DNA of 64,000 nt from a virus (taxonomy: Duplodnaviria; Heunggongvirae; Uroviricota; Caudoviricetes): IMG/VR virus record IMGVR_UViG_3300027708_003081; one strand, written 5' to 3'. Under the pieces are notes generated by a model that did no database searches, was not told where the DNA came from, and worked only from the letters and a program-made list of their open reading frames with translations. Shown here one piece after another: positions 56,501 to 64,000 of the stretch (positions are counted from its first letter, which is position 1; every line of letters starts with the position of its first letter). A program made the position numbers and the translations under genes.

Positions 56501-58379
56501 TGTATCTTATTATAGTGCTAATACTATGAATATCCAAACATCGGCAGGATATTTATGGGGTAATGGTATTGGTTGGACAACAAATCAGTTAAATCCTGAT
56601 AGTGTTAGTATTTCAGGAACATCACCAACAACATTCCAATATCGTTCAAGAAATGGTTCAATAACGGGTTCTACATCAAATCCTGGTGACCCAGCAGCTC
56701 CAACAGGTAACACAACAACAATTGATTCACATCACTATGACGATAATGGTAGTATTGTCCCTGTCGGTGCTAATAATAGAGCAACAAATCAAAGGGTTTA
56801 TTTATTTCCAACGGGTTTAATAAGAATACAATACGGACAATATTCATATTCAACTATGGCAAACGCTATTGCTGGTATAGATACGGAAGTGTTTGTTGAG
56901 TTTTCAAATAATAGGGATAATGGTATATTAATAGGTATATTAACAGTTCGTGAGGATGCTAGTGATTTATCACTCACCACGGATGCTCAATTTAGATTTG
57001 TATCTAAATTTGGTGAATTATTAGGTGGAACGGGAGGTATATCAACAACAACTTTACAACAAGCATATGAAAACTCAACCAACCCTGAAATTGTTATTAA
57101 CTCAACATTAGACGGATTAAGTATTAAAAATGGAACGGGTAATGCCGATAACATAACGAATTTATTAGAGGGTATTCCATCTGCAACAACAGGTGCTACA
57201 TCATTTATTAGGGCGGACGGTTTAATATCAGGTAGTAGTGTATCTGCACCAACAATATCTGCAACAACATATTATGGATTACCAAAATACATAAGTGCAA
57301 CAACACAATCAAGTAATGTATTAACATCATATTATAGTACAGGCGGAACAACAACATACACACCAAATGCGGCAACAGGTGGAACATACTCAAATGGTGT
57401 TATCACATTAGCCGGTTCAGGTACATTAAGTACAATAACAGGACTTGGTGGTTCAGGTGGTGGAGGACAAGTTTATTTCTTAAACTTATCTAACACACAA
57501 ACACCATATAAAGAATTTAGTCCTGTTGCAACAACCGCCACACAACAAACAACAGGAACAAGTATAAGTAGCGGTGTGACATCAACACTCGCATCTTTTT
57601 TATCACCGGTAGGATATCCAAGTGTTAATTTATTACCAGCGGGTATATGGAGTTTTTATTTACATACATATAAAACAAATGTTGGTGATAGTTTTACCGC
57701 ATACGCTCAAGTATATAAGAAAACATCAGGTGGAACCGAAACATTATTATTTACAACCGACCCGGGAACTGTTGATGGAGTTAGTCCAACACCAAGAATG
57801 GTGTTAACGGATGTTTATTATAGTGGTACAAGTTTAGATTTAACTGATAGAATATTGGTTGTTATCAAAGGAACAAATGGAGGAACATCAACAAGTACAT
57901 TAACATTAGTTACCGAAGGTTCGTTATATTATTCATATGCAACAACAACATTTGGTGGAGGAACTCCAATCTATACAACGGGTGGAACTTATAATAACTC
58001 TACAGGTATTTTAACATTTACAAGAACGGACGGAAATACGTATACCGCAGGAACATTTACTTATCTAACAGGGGTTACATCTGATATACAAACACAATTA
58101 AATGGTAAGGTAGGTACAACAGGAAATGAAACAATCTCAGGACAAAAAACATTTACAAGTGGATTAACCGCAAATACTGTATTTGCTGGTTCAGGGTCAA
58201 TTAGTTCATCTGCTGTGATGGAATCGTCATCAACAACAAAAGGATTTTTACCGCCAAGAATGACGGAGGCACAAAGAATTGCAATAACAAGTCCTGCAAC
58301 AGGTCTAATGGTTTATCAAACAGATGGTGATGAAGGATTATATATAAATAAATCATTTGGCTGGATTCAAATAATATAA
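53502..58379 (+). CDS. Long Thr/Ser/Gly-rich tail-fibre-like protein
   Basis: 1625 aa; repeated YLPLSGGTVTG and TANTISATTY modules; short GPAGPPGPTG collagen-like stretch; C-terminal KGFLPPRMT...GLMVYQTD motif. Confidence 0.75.
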   Translation: MNNPLFNKNMAPPFGKSDISNQLIRDSYQYVLQASDEGVMYRINGDFLVNPIFTSGITIYTGFTFVDGNQQSGYVLTSDGSGNATWQPASAATPSSGVTSITVGEGLSANSSTGAVTIVFTGSTGINGEYLPLSGGTVTGDTVFQSGLTANTISATIYKNFPGSSSDNCITTLYVSNLSGCSPVTILTPINITDGANITGATHFYNRASFTGGITVTGDVTSDSVVTGNLSADTISATTLTIVNSSNITSGSITADTYSGNTIIVNNFTAVTVSATTYLNLPESADTKVTGFSLTDNVITLSQNRTDEYSAFTISLSAYTGSSSTSGAYLPLSGGTVTGNTIFQSGLTTNTLTITGLTSSTDSNVVTIDNSGILHTYPISGLTGNTTSGNDGANSGRWILDNITSPPNPNYFYTTSTDFSALTSVDISITASTNADYYYWFALMQNYRINFQDGFLQIQEVGNTNNTGNYFIQTVTNNTTYFTITFIYASSNGTFTNGKEFTISYVFNGPAGPPGPTGVNSVTASLGLSGDTTTGDITIINTAPDKDVVITGGTNIQIVSDYPNFGINFTGTTSSAFTGGTVSGATNFTNGLTANTISATTYYNYPDTFVTGFTLSSNTITLTQNRTDGYSSFTISLSAYTGNTSTSGAFLPLSGGTVTGGTIFQSGVTANTISQTQYIDFTTGSTNPSSVAGRVFFDTTQKALSYFDISNNQVPIAMGQSLYTRVWNATGVQIDKGKVIAITGTSNNLPSAILAVNTHSITSARPIGLAAENIPNGTEGLVLNNGILSGITINGFANGDTLYLSDITPGGYVASTASLAFTARTNEIGYVLQTGSSVGRIYVNINNEDSNLSLTDKERNILEGNVISGGVYEYTGMTQGTGQTINVAYARGWIVKNTYTYATQPDVTNIYYTGGTNIPLTYLTSADATYILINSGATLVQQTTFPTPQQRRENIFLGKVVHPNRSTITSINNTVDFDVSPMAALRDLWTPIKLINQGVVVSYYSANTMNIQTSAGYLWGNGIGWTTNQLNPDSVSISGTSPTTFQYRSRNGSITGSTSNPGDPAAPTGNTTTIDSHHYDDNGSIVPVGANNRATNQRVYLFPTGLIRIQYGQYSYSTMANAIAGIDTEVFVEFSNNRDNGILIGILTVREDASDLSLTTDAQFRFVSKFGELLGGTGGISTTTLQQAYENSTNPEIVINSTLDGLSIKNGTGNADNITNLLEGIPSATTGATSFIRADGLISGSSVSAPTISATTYYGLPKYISATTQSSNVLTSYYSTGGTTTYTPNAATGGTYSNGVITLAGSGTLSTITGLGGSGGGGQVYFLNLSNTQTPYKEFSPVATTATQQTTGTSISSGVTSTLASFLSPVGYPSVNLLPAGIWSFYLHTYKTNVGDSFTAYAQVYKKTSGGTETLLFTTDPGTVDGVSPTPRMVLTDVYYSGTSLDLTDRILVVIKGTNGGTSTSTLTLVTEGSLYYSYATTTFGGGTPIYTTGGTYNNSTGILTFTRTDGNTYTAGTFTYLTGVTSDIQTQLNGKVGTTGNETISGQKTFTSGLTANTVFAGSGSISSSAVMESSSTTKGFLPPRMTEAQRIAITSPATGLMVYQTDGDEGLYINKSFGWIQII

Positions 58380-58380
58380 A

Positions 58381-58926
58381 ATGAGTATAACAATCAAGTC
58401 AAATATTAAAATTAATTCTAAAACTAGTATTGGCGTGATGACGTTTATACCATCCCCAACTCCAACACCAACACAAACAATTACTCCAACACAAACAATT
58501 ACTCCAACACCAACTAGAACTTTAACTCCAACACCAACTAGAACTTTAACTCCAACACCAACTAGAACTTTAACTCCAACACCAACTAAAACACCGTCAA
58601 ATACTTTTTCTTTTAATTTCAATCAACTATGGAACGAACCAAGTGCAACAGTATCTAGTATAGGTGGTTTTACAAGTACACCTCCATTCACACCAACATC
58701 AGGTGGTTTTGGTTTTTCATCAGTTGGTTCTCCTATTGGGTCAATAACTTTTACTTTCTATATGTCGTCACCCGCTACCTCAACAATTGGTGCGGATTTA
58801 ATAATAAACGGGGTTACTGTTCAAACTATAGTACAAAATGTGGCTGGCGGTGCTTCATTTGTATATTCACCTGTTACAATATCGGGAAATGATGGTGTTA
58901 CAATACAAACTTACGTACCAGATTAA
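58381..58926 (+). CDS. Protein with a mucin-like (TPTPT)n stalk and a C-terminal beta domain
   Basis: PSPTPTPTQTITPT...(RTLTPTPT)x3. Confidence 0.7.
   Translation: MSITIKSNIKINSKTSIGVMTFIPSPTPTPTQTITPTQTITPTPTRTLTPTPTRTLTPTPTRTLTPTPTKTPSNTFSFNFNQLWNEPSATVSSIGGFTSTPPFTPTSGGFGFSSVGSPIGSITFTFYMSSPATSTIGADLIINGVTVQTIVQNVAGGASFVYSPVTISGNDGVTIQTYVPD
58456..58588 (+). repeat. Tandem repeats: 18-bp x2, then 24-bp x3.6
   Basis: CCAACACAAACAATTACT x2 (58468-58503); ACTCCAACACCAACTAGAACTTTA at 58501, 58525 and 58549, plus a partial copy. Confidence 0.92.
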
Positions 58927-58940
58927 AATATTTATAAAAA

Positions 58941-60458
58941 ATGGCAACAACAAACGGAATAAATTATAATCAAACAAGGGGTCTTCTTCTTTCCACAAAT
59001 GGGAAGAATAGAATTATAGTATCAACAGGTGGAACAACAACATTCACAGGTGATACTAATGGTAGTACAGTTTTATCTGTATCAGGTACAAATGGTAATT
59101 TATTATCAGTTGTTGATACTAATACGGGAACATTATTAGAAGTTTTAGATAATTCAAATAATTTTATATTCCAAGTTGGAACCGTAGATAAAATAAAAAT
59201 ATCAGGTCTTACTCAATCAACTGACCCAAATGTATTAACAATTGATTCATCGGGTATCGTTCATACGTATCCAATATCAAGTATTGGTTTTACAGGTGGA
59301 ACTGTTACAGGTGCAACTAATTTTACAGGAGGTGTAACCGCAAATACGATATCTGCAACAACATATCAAAACATTCCATCACAAAGTGGAACGGGTATAT
59401 CCGCATTTGCTTACAATAGTTCTACCGGTTTACTAACAATAACTAAAAATGATACAACAACATTAACCGCAGGAACATTTAGTTATATTACCGCAACAAC
59501 ATTATCTGCAGCAAACGTATTAAGTGTTGCATCAAATGGGGGAAGTCCTACAACTACAACAATAAATGCGGTAACGGGTGGAACATATTCATCAGGAACA
59601 ATAACGTTAAGTGGAACAGGTAATTTCCAATCAACAATAACAGGTTTAGATGCATTAACACCAACCACTTTTTATAGTGGAGATGGTTCTTTAAGTGGGA
59701 ATAGAGTAATTAATATATCATCAAATACATTAAACTTTAGTTCTTCAACACTTCCAGGTACTGTATTATTTTTAAGTTCCGGAACGGTTAATATTGGAAC
59801 ATCAACACCTGATGGTACAAAATTTTATGTAAACTCGTCAATAAGTGCTGCAAAATTTGTATCTACACAATCAACTGCTTTATCTGTAATTGGCGGTGCT
59901 AATGGTAACCCCATTGCGACTTTTTCAACAACTTCAGGTACCGTGGAGAAAGTTAGAGTATCGTCGGGAGGTTTTTTGGGTGTAGGGACAACAAGCCCAT
60001 CAAATGCGTTGCACGTTTCGGCAACAACAAACCCTGTTAGATTTGTTGGATTACAAAGTGCTTCAGACACATCATTATTAACCGTAGATGGAACGGGTGT
60101 TGTTCATACAGTATCAACATCATCAATAGGAGGTTTAACTTGGAACAACGCAACCGCAACTCAATCAGCAACGGCAAATAACGGATATGTTGGAACCGCA
60201 ACAACATTAACAACAATAACATTACCATCAACGGCGGCTTTTGGTTCCGTAATAGAAGTTGTTGGTACAGGTACAGGTTTATGGCAGATATCACAAAATG
60301 CAAATCAATTTATAAATTTTGGTATTGTTGGTACAACAACAGGTACAACCGGATATTTATCGGCAACATCACAATATGATTGTGTTAAACTATTGTGTAC
60401 AAGTGCAAATACCGCATTTGTTGTTACATCAGCAATAGGAAATATATTTTATAATTAA
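58941..60458 (+). CDS. Thr/Ser/Gly-rich tail-fibre-like protein
   Basis: Shares modules with 53502..58379; G.VNIGTSTP/GFLGVGTTSP repeats; C-terminal TITLP....G..IEV domain. Confidence 0.7.
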   Translation: MATTNGINYNQTRGLLLSTNGKNRIIVSTGGTTTFTGDTNGSTVLSVSGTNGNLLSVVDTNTGTLLEVLDNSNNFIFQVGTVDKIKISGLTQSTDPNVLTIDSSGIVHTYPISSIGFTGGTVTGATNFTGGVTANTISATTYQNIPSQSGTGISAFAYNSSTGLLTITKNDTTTLTAGTFSYITATTLSAANVLSVASNGGSPTTTTINAVTGGTYSSGTITLSGTGNFQSTITGLDALTPTTFYSGDGSLSGNRVINISSNTLNFSSSTLPGTVLFLSSGTVNIGTSTPDGTKFYVNSSISAAKFVSTQSTALSVIGGANGNPIATFSTTSGTVEKVRVSSGGFLGVGTTSPSNALHVSATTNPVRFVGLQSASDTSLLTVDGTGVVHTVSTSSIGGLTWNNATATQSATANNGYVGTATTLTTITLPSTAAFGSVIEVVGTGTGLWQISQNANQFINFGIVGTTTGTTGYLSATSQYDCVKLLCTSANTAFVVTSAIGNIFYN

Positions 60459-60461
60459 TTT

Positions 60462-61448
60462 ATGTCAGGGATTATTAATAGTATAAACGAAGTCACAGAC
60501 GTTCAGATATTTTCGGCGGCGGGAACAACAACTTGGGTAAAACCTACAAGTGTTAAATTCGTGTATGTTGTTTGTATTGGCGGAGGTGGTGGCGGAGGAG
60601 GTGGTGGGAGAAACACAAATCTTTTATTTAGAGCCGGAGGTACCGGTGGCGGAGGTGGTGCAATTGCAACTAAATTATTTTCCGCATCCGATTTACCATC
60701 ATCAGTTCAATTAACTGTTGCTTCAGGTGGAACTGCCGGAACGGGAGCAACGGTTAGTAATGGAGTTCAAGGGGGTGATGGAGGAACTTCAACATTTAGT
60801 TCAGGTACAACTTTATTATCCTCATTTGGTGGTGGTGGTGGTAGAGGTGGTACTTCCGCAGCCGGAACCTCAACAGGTGGTGGAGGAGGTGGGACTGCAA
60901 GTACGGGAGTATTTGGTAGTAGTGCAAGCGTTTTTGGTGGTGACCCAGCAGGTAATAATTCAACGGCTAATGCTATTGGTGGTCAAGGGGCGACGGGATT
61001 GGCAAATGCACCGGGAGGTAATGCTGAATATGGTGGTGCCGGTGGTGGTGGTAAAACTACAACAAATTTAACATATTCCGGTGGTTGTTCATTATATGGT
61101 GGTGGAGGTGGAGGTGCAGCATCAGTTCTTTCAGGCTCATCAATATTGGCAAATGCTACGGTAGGTGGTGCCAGCGGTGTATATAATAATACTGAAGATG
61201 GGACGGCAGGAACTTCAGGTGCTAGTCCAACATCAGGAGGTACAGGTACAAGTAGAATTGGGTACGGATGTGGAGGAGGAGGAGGTGGTGGAGGTACTTC
61301 CACTTTATCAAATACAACCGGTAGTGCCGGCGGAAATGGGGGTATTCCGGGTGGCGGTGGTGGTGGCGGTGGTGCTGGAACCACAACGGGAAATGGTGGA
61401 AATGGCGGTACCGGTGGTAGAGGTGAAATTAGAGTTTATTCTTGGTAA
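60462..61448 (+). CDS. Glycine-rich (polyglycine-II) fibre-tip/adhesin-like protein, paralogue 1
   Basis: VQIF...TTTWVKP...VVCIGGGGGGG ... GGRGEIRVYSW. Confidence 0.75.
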   Translation: MSGIINSINEVTDVQIFSAAGTTTWVKPTSVKFVYVVCIGGGGGGGGGGRNTNLLFRAGGTGGGGGAIATKLFSASDLPSSVQLTVASGGTAGTGATVSNGVQGGDGGTSTFSSGTTLLSSFGGGGGRGGTSAAGTSTGGGGGGTASTGVFGSSASVFGGDPAGNNSTANAIGGQGATGLANAPGGNAEYGGAGGGGKTTTNLTYSGGCSLYGGGGGGAASVLSGSSILANATVGGASGVYNNTEDGTAGTSGASPTSGGTGTSRIGYGCGGGGGGGGTSTLSNTTGSAGGNGGIPGGGGGGGGAGTTTGNGGNGGTGGRGEIRVYSW

Positions 61449-61460
61449 AAAAAATATTAT

Positions 61461-62456
61461 ATGGCAATAATTAATGCAATAAATGAGGTTACGGATGTTC
61501 AGATATTTTCCGCAGTAGGAACAACTACTTGGGTAAAACCAACGGGTTGTAAATTTGTGTATGTTGTATGTGTTGGAGGTGGGGGTGGCGGTGCCGGAGG
61601 ATACGCAGTACCGGCTGCAACAACAAGTGCTTGGGGAGGTACGGGAGGTGGAGGAGGTTCTATTATTTATAAGATGTTTACTGCGTCCGATTTACCATCA
61701 TCGGTTCCACTAACTGTTGCTTCAGGCGGAACGGGAGGAACAGGCGGAGGACAAACAGGTTTGGTAAACGCAGGTACTGGAGGTATTGGGGGTAGTTCAA
61801 CCTTTGGAACCGGCACAACAATTTATTTAAGTGCATTTGGAGGAGGGGGTGGATTACCCATTAATAATAATACACAATCCAATGCCTCAGGTGGTTCAGG
61901 TGGGGGAACAGGGTCGGCAGGTAATAATGGTGCTTCAGCGAGTCAATCAGGTGGTTTTCCCGGTGCAAGTGCGTTATTAGCAAATGCAGGACAAGGTGGG
62001 GCTTCATCAGTAGTGAACGTAGGAAGTCCCGCAGAATATGGTGGTGCTGCCGGTGGTGGTCATAACACATTAGGAACATTATATAATGGTGGAGGTTCAC
62101 TATATGGTGCCGGTGGTGGAGGGTGTGGTGGTAGTCAAACTTCAACAGGAACGTTATTCGCGCCTAGTGCCGGAGGAGCCTCAGGGATATATGCCGCAGG
62201 AACAGGTGGTGCAGCAGGTACCGGTGGTATATCACCAACATCAGGTGGAACGGGTAATAATGGTTCAAGTGGTATCTGTGGTAGTGGTGGTGGAGGTGGT
62301 GGAGGAACATTAACCGCAAATATTACCGGAGGTAACGGAGGAAATGGAGGTTCACCAGGAGGTGGTGGTGGAGGTGGAGGAAATGGTGCAAATACAAGTT
62401 TAGGTGGTAATGGCGGCACCGGCGGTAGAGGAGAAATAAGAGTTTATTCTTGGTAA
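61461..62456 (+). CDS. Glycine-rich adhesin-like protein, paralogue 2
   Basis: Same termini as paralogue 1. Confidence 0.75.
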   Translation: MAIINAINEVTDVQIFSAVGTTTWVKPTGCKFVYVVCVGGGGGGAGGYAVPAATTSAWGGTGGGGGSIIYKMFTASDLPSSVPLTVASGGTGGTGGGQTGLVNAGTGGIGGSSTFGTGTTIYLSAFGGGGGLPINNNTQSNASGGSGGGTGSAGNNGASASQSGGFPGASALLANAGQGGASSVVNVGSPAEYGGAAGGGHNTLGTLYNGGGSLYGAGGGGCGGSQTSTGTLFAPSAGGASGIYAAGTGGAAGTGGISPTSGGTGNNGSSGICGSGGGGGGGTLTANITGGNGGNGGSPGGGGGGGGNGANTSLGGNGGTGGRGEIRVYSW

Positions 62457-62467
62457 AAAATTAAAAT

Positions 62468-63484
62468 ATGGCAATTAATAATATTATAAATGAAGTTAGT
62501 AATGTTCAGGTTTTTACCGGAACAGGTGTAAATACTTGGACTAAACCTACGGGATGTAAATTTGTATATGTGGTTTGTGTAGGTGGTGGAGGTGGTGGAG
62601 GTGGCGGCTCTATGGCAAGTTTGAATGTTATTAGACACGGAGGATTAGGTGGTGGCGGAGGAGCGTACGCTCAACGATTATATATCGCATCACAACTTGG
62701 TGCAACAGAACAAGTTATTGTGGGTTCCGGGGGAACATCAGGTTCAGGTGCGACAATATCTTCAGGTGCGACAGGTAGTGGAACATCAGGAGGTGACTCA
62801 ACATTTAGTTCAGGTAACACTTTATTAACTGCGTATGGTGGTGGAGGAGGGGTTAGTGGGTCATCAGTGACGGGTGTTGCGGTGACAGGTGGAGGTGGAG
62901 GTGGAACCGGAAGTGCCGGTAGCTTTGTATTTGGAACTGCATTTGCCGGTGGTGGATTTCCGGGGGCATCATCTACGGCCGCAATTGGAGGACAAGGGGG
63001 TTCGTCTACTGGTTCCGCAACCGCAGCGGCTAGTGGTGAGTATGGTGGTGGTGGTGGTAGTGGTAAAGGTACTTCGGGTACTGGAGGTGCTGCCGGAAGT
63101 TCAATACACGGAGGAGGCGGAGGCGGTAAAGGTGGTGGTGGAGATTCCACCAACGCAACTTCACCGGCACTCTCAGGGGGTACATCAGGTGCGTATACTG
63201 CGGGTAATGGCGGCGTACCAGGTGCAACAAATAATTCTCCAACATCAGGTGGTACAGGTGCGAATGGAAGTTCTATAAAATGCGGACAAGGTGGTGGTGG
63301 AGGTGGTGGTGCAGCAAATGGTGTCGGAGTGGGAACAACAAACCCAAATGTGACCGGAGGTAATGGTGGAAATGGTGGAGTACCCGGTGGAGGCGGTGGA
63401 GGCGGTGGTGCAGGAACAAGTACAGGAACAGGTGGAAATGGAGGTTCAGGAGGTAGAGGTCAAGTGTGGGTTTATTCTTGGTAA
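62468..63484 (+). CDS. Glycine-rich adhesin-like protein, paralogue 3
   Basis: Same termini (ends GGRGQVWVYSW). Confidence 0.75.
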   Translation: MAINNIINEVSNVQVFTGTGVNTWTKPTGCKFVYVVCVGGGGGGGGGSMASLNVIRHGGLGGGGGAYAQRLYIASQLGATEQVIVGSGGTSGSGATISSGATGSGTSGGDSTFSSGNTLLTAYGGGGGVSGSSVTGVAVTGGGGGGTGSAGSFVFGTAFAGGGFPGASSTAAIGGQGGSSTGSATAAASGEYGGGGGSGKGTSGTGGAAGSSIHGGGGGGKGGGGDSTNATSPALSGGTSGAYTAGNGGVPGATNNSPTSGGTGANGSSIKCGQGGGGGGGAANGVGVGTTNPNVTGGNGGNGGVPGGGGGGGGAGTSTGTGGNGGSGGRGQVWVYSW

Positions 63485-63508
63485 TAAAATATTTATAAAA
63501 ATAAAATT

Positions 63509-63823
63509 ATGGCAAATTATTTAAAAATAAAACCGATATATTCTGTGGCGACAGATGTTTATCCATACGCAAATGCTATTATGTGGACTTGTAATGATTT
63601 ATATAGAAACGCGACTACCGCAAAATTAAATTGTGATTTAGTCAATATAACAGTAAAAACGGAAATAGATAATGAGGGTAATACAATAACTTATGATTAC
63701 ATATCACCATCATTATTAAGTTTTGAAATGGAAATTACTTACGATATTTTACAAGCGTGGGGACCTGATAGTGTTATTGATGATTTTGCATTATCATATT
63801 CTCCGGAGTTTGAAAGAGAATAA
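63509..63823 (+). CDS. Hypothetical protein (possible fibre assembly factor)
   Basis: 104-aa acidic ORF after the adhesin triplet; TATTTAT upstream. Confidence 0.55.
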   Translation: MANYLKIKPIYSVATDVYPYANAIMWTCNDLYRNATTAKLNCDLVNITVKTEIDNEGNTITYDYISPSLLSFEMEITYDILQAWGPDSVIDDFALSYSPEFERE

Positions 63824-63874
63824 ATTAAGATAGGATTTAGTATCTATAAAAATTAAGTATATTTAGTAAACGAT

Positions 63875-64000
63875 ATGTCAAAACAAATAACAATAACAAA
63901 TCTTACAGGTGCTGAACCATATAGTATTTCATTATGTGATAATACATTTACTAATTGTATTTATCTTGGTTTGATATATAATACCGATATACCGTATTCT
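63875..64000 (+). CDS. Hypothetical protein, 3'-truncated by the window edge
   Basis: ATG at 63875 opens MSKQITITNLTGAEPYSISLCDNTFTNCIY... through to the window end. Confidence 0.55.
   Translation, partial: MSKQITITNLTGAEPYSISLCDNTFTNCIYLGLIYNTDIPYS

Noticed and set aside
58456-58588. Possible CRISPR array
   Set aside because: Units are contiguous with no unique spacers and encode an in-frame Thr/Pro tract; no cas genes
60718-63278. Pro-rich antisense and Val-rich frameshifted ORFs over the glycine-rich genes
   Set aside because: By-products of GGN codon runs; no independent start signals
1-64000. Stop-codon reassignment as in some large Bacteroidota phages
   Set aside because: Core genes (terminase, portal, capsid) are full length in the standard code and coding density is high. 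TAG was not seen among the stops checked, but no gene is interrupted by it.
1-64000. tRNA, rRNA or structured ncRNA genes
   Set aside because: Intergenic gaps are short and AT-rich; only terminator hairpins were seen. A tRNAscan/Infernal run would be needed to exclude them formally.

Overview
A 64-kb, very AT-rich segment of a large T4-like (jumbo) tailed-phage genome. It reads in the standard code; genes end mostly in TAA and have no clear Shine-Dalgarno sites. A Bacteroidota host is inferred from the bS21 type, TAnnTTTG promoters, a DUF4494-like gene and a ClpC resembling Bacteroidota ClpC. Layout: (1) 0-6.6 kb proteostasis/accessory genes (Zn-peptidase, HNH, N-domain-less ClpC, Hsp20, annexin-like protein, KTSC, Pol-beta nucleotidyltransferase); (2) 6.7-23 kb head module (terminase, portal, antisense bS21, prohead protease, scaffold, major capsid, HNH, FKBP); (3) 23-30.5 kb minus-strand baseplate genes and a gp55-like late sigma factor; (4) 30.5-47.4 kb minus-strand glycosylation locus (Gmd, ColD-type dehydratase, Fcl/ColC, about ten glycosyltransferase-like genes including GT11, GT31 and GT47, plus PhoH, dUTPase, exonuclease); (5) 50-64 kb fibre/adhesin genes (LamG protein with a circularly permuted P-domain, Thr/Ser/Gly-rich fibres, a TPTPT mucin-like protein, three paralogous polyglycine proteins). 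Best leads: a phage-encoded colitose/fucose glycosylation system with candidate mucin-like virion substrates; a TATTTAT late-promoter network with many apparently leaderless genes alongside a phage bS21; a shared N-terminal capsid-targeting-like leader on unrelated cargo proteins; and a sigma54-type promoter with enhancer-like repeats before the phage Hsp20. All family calls come from motif recognition by eye; no database searches were run.
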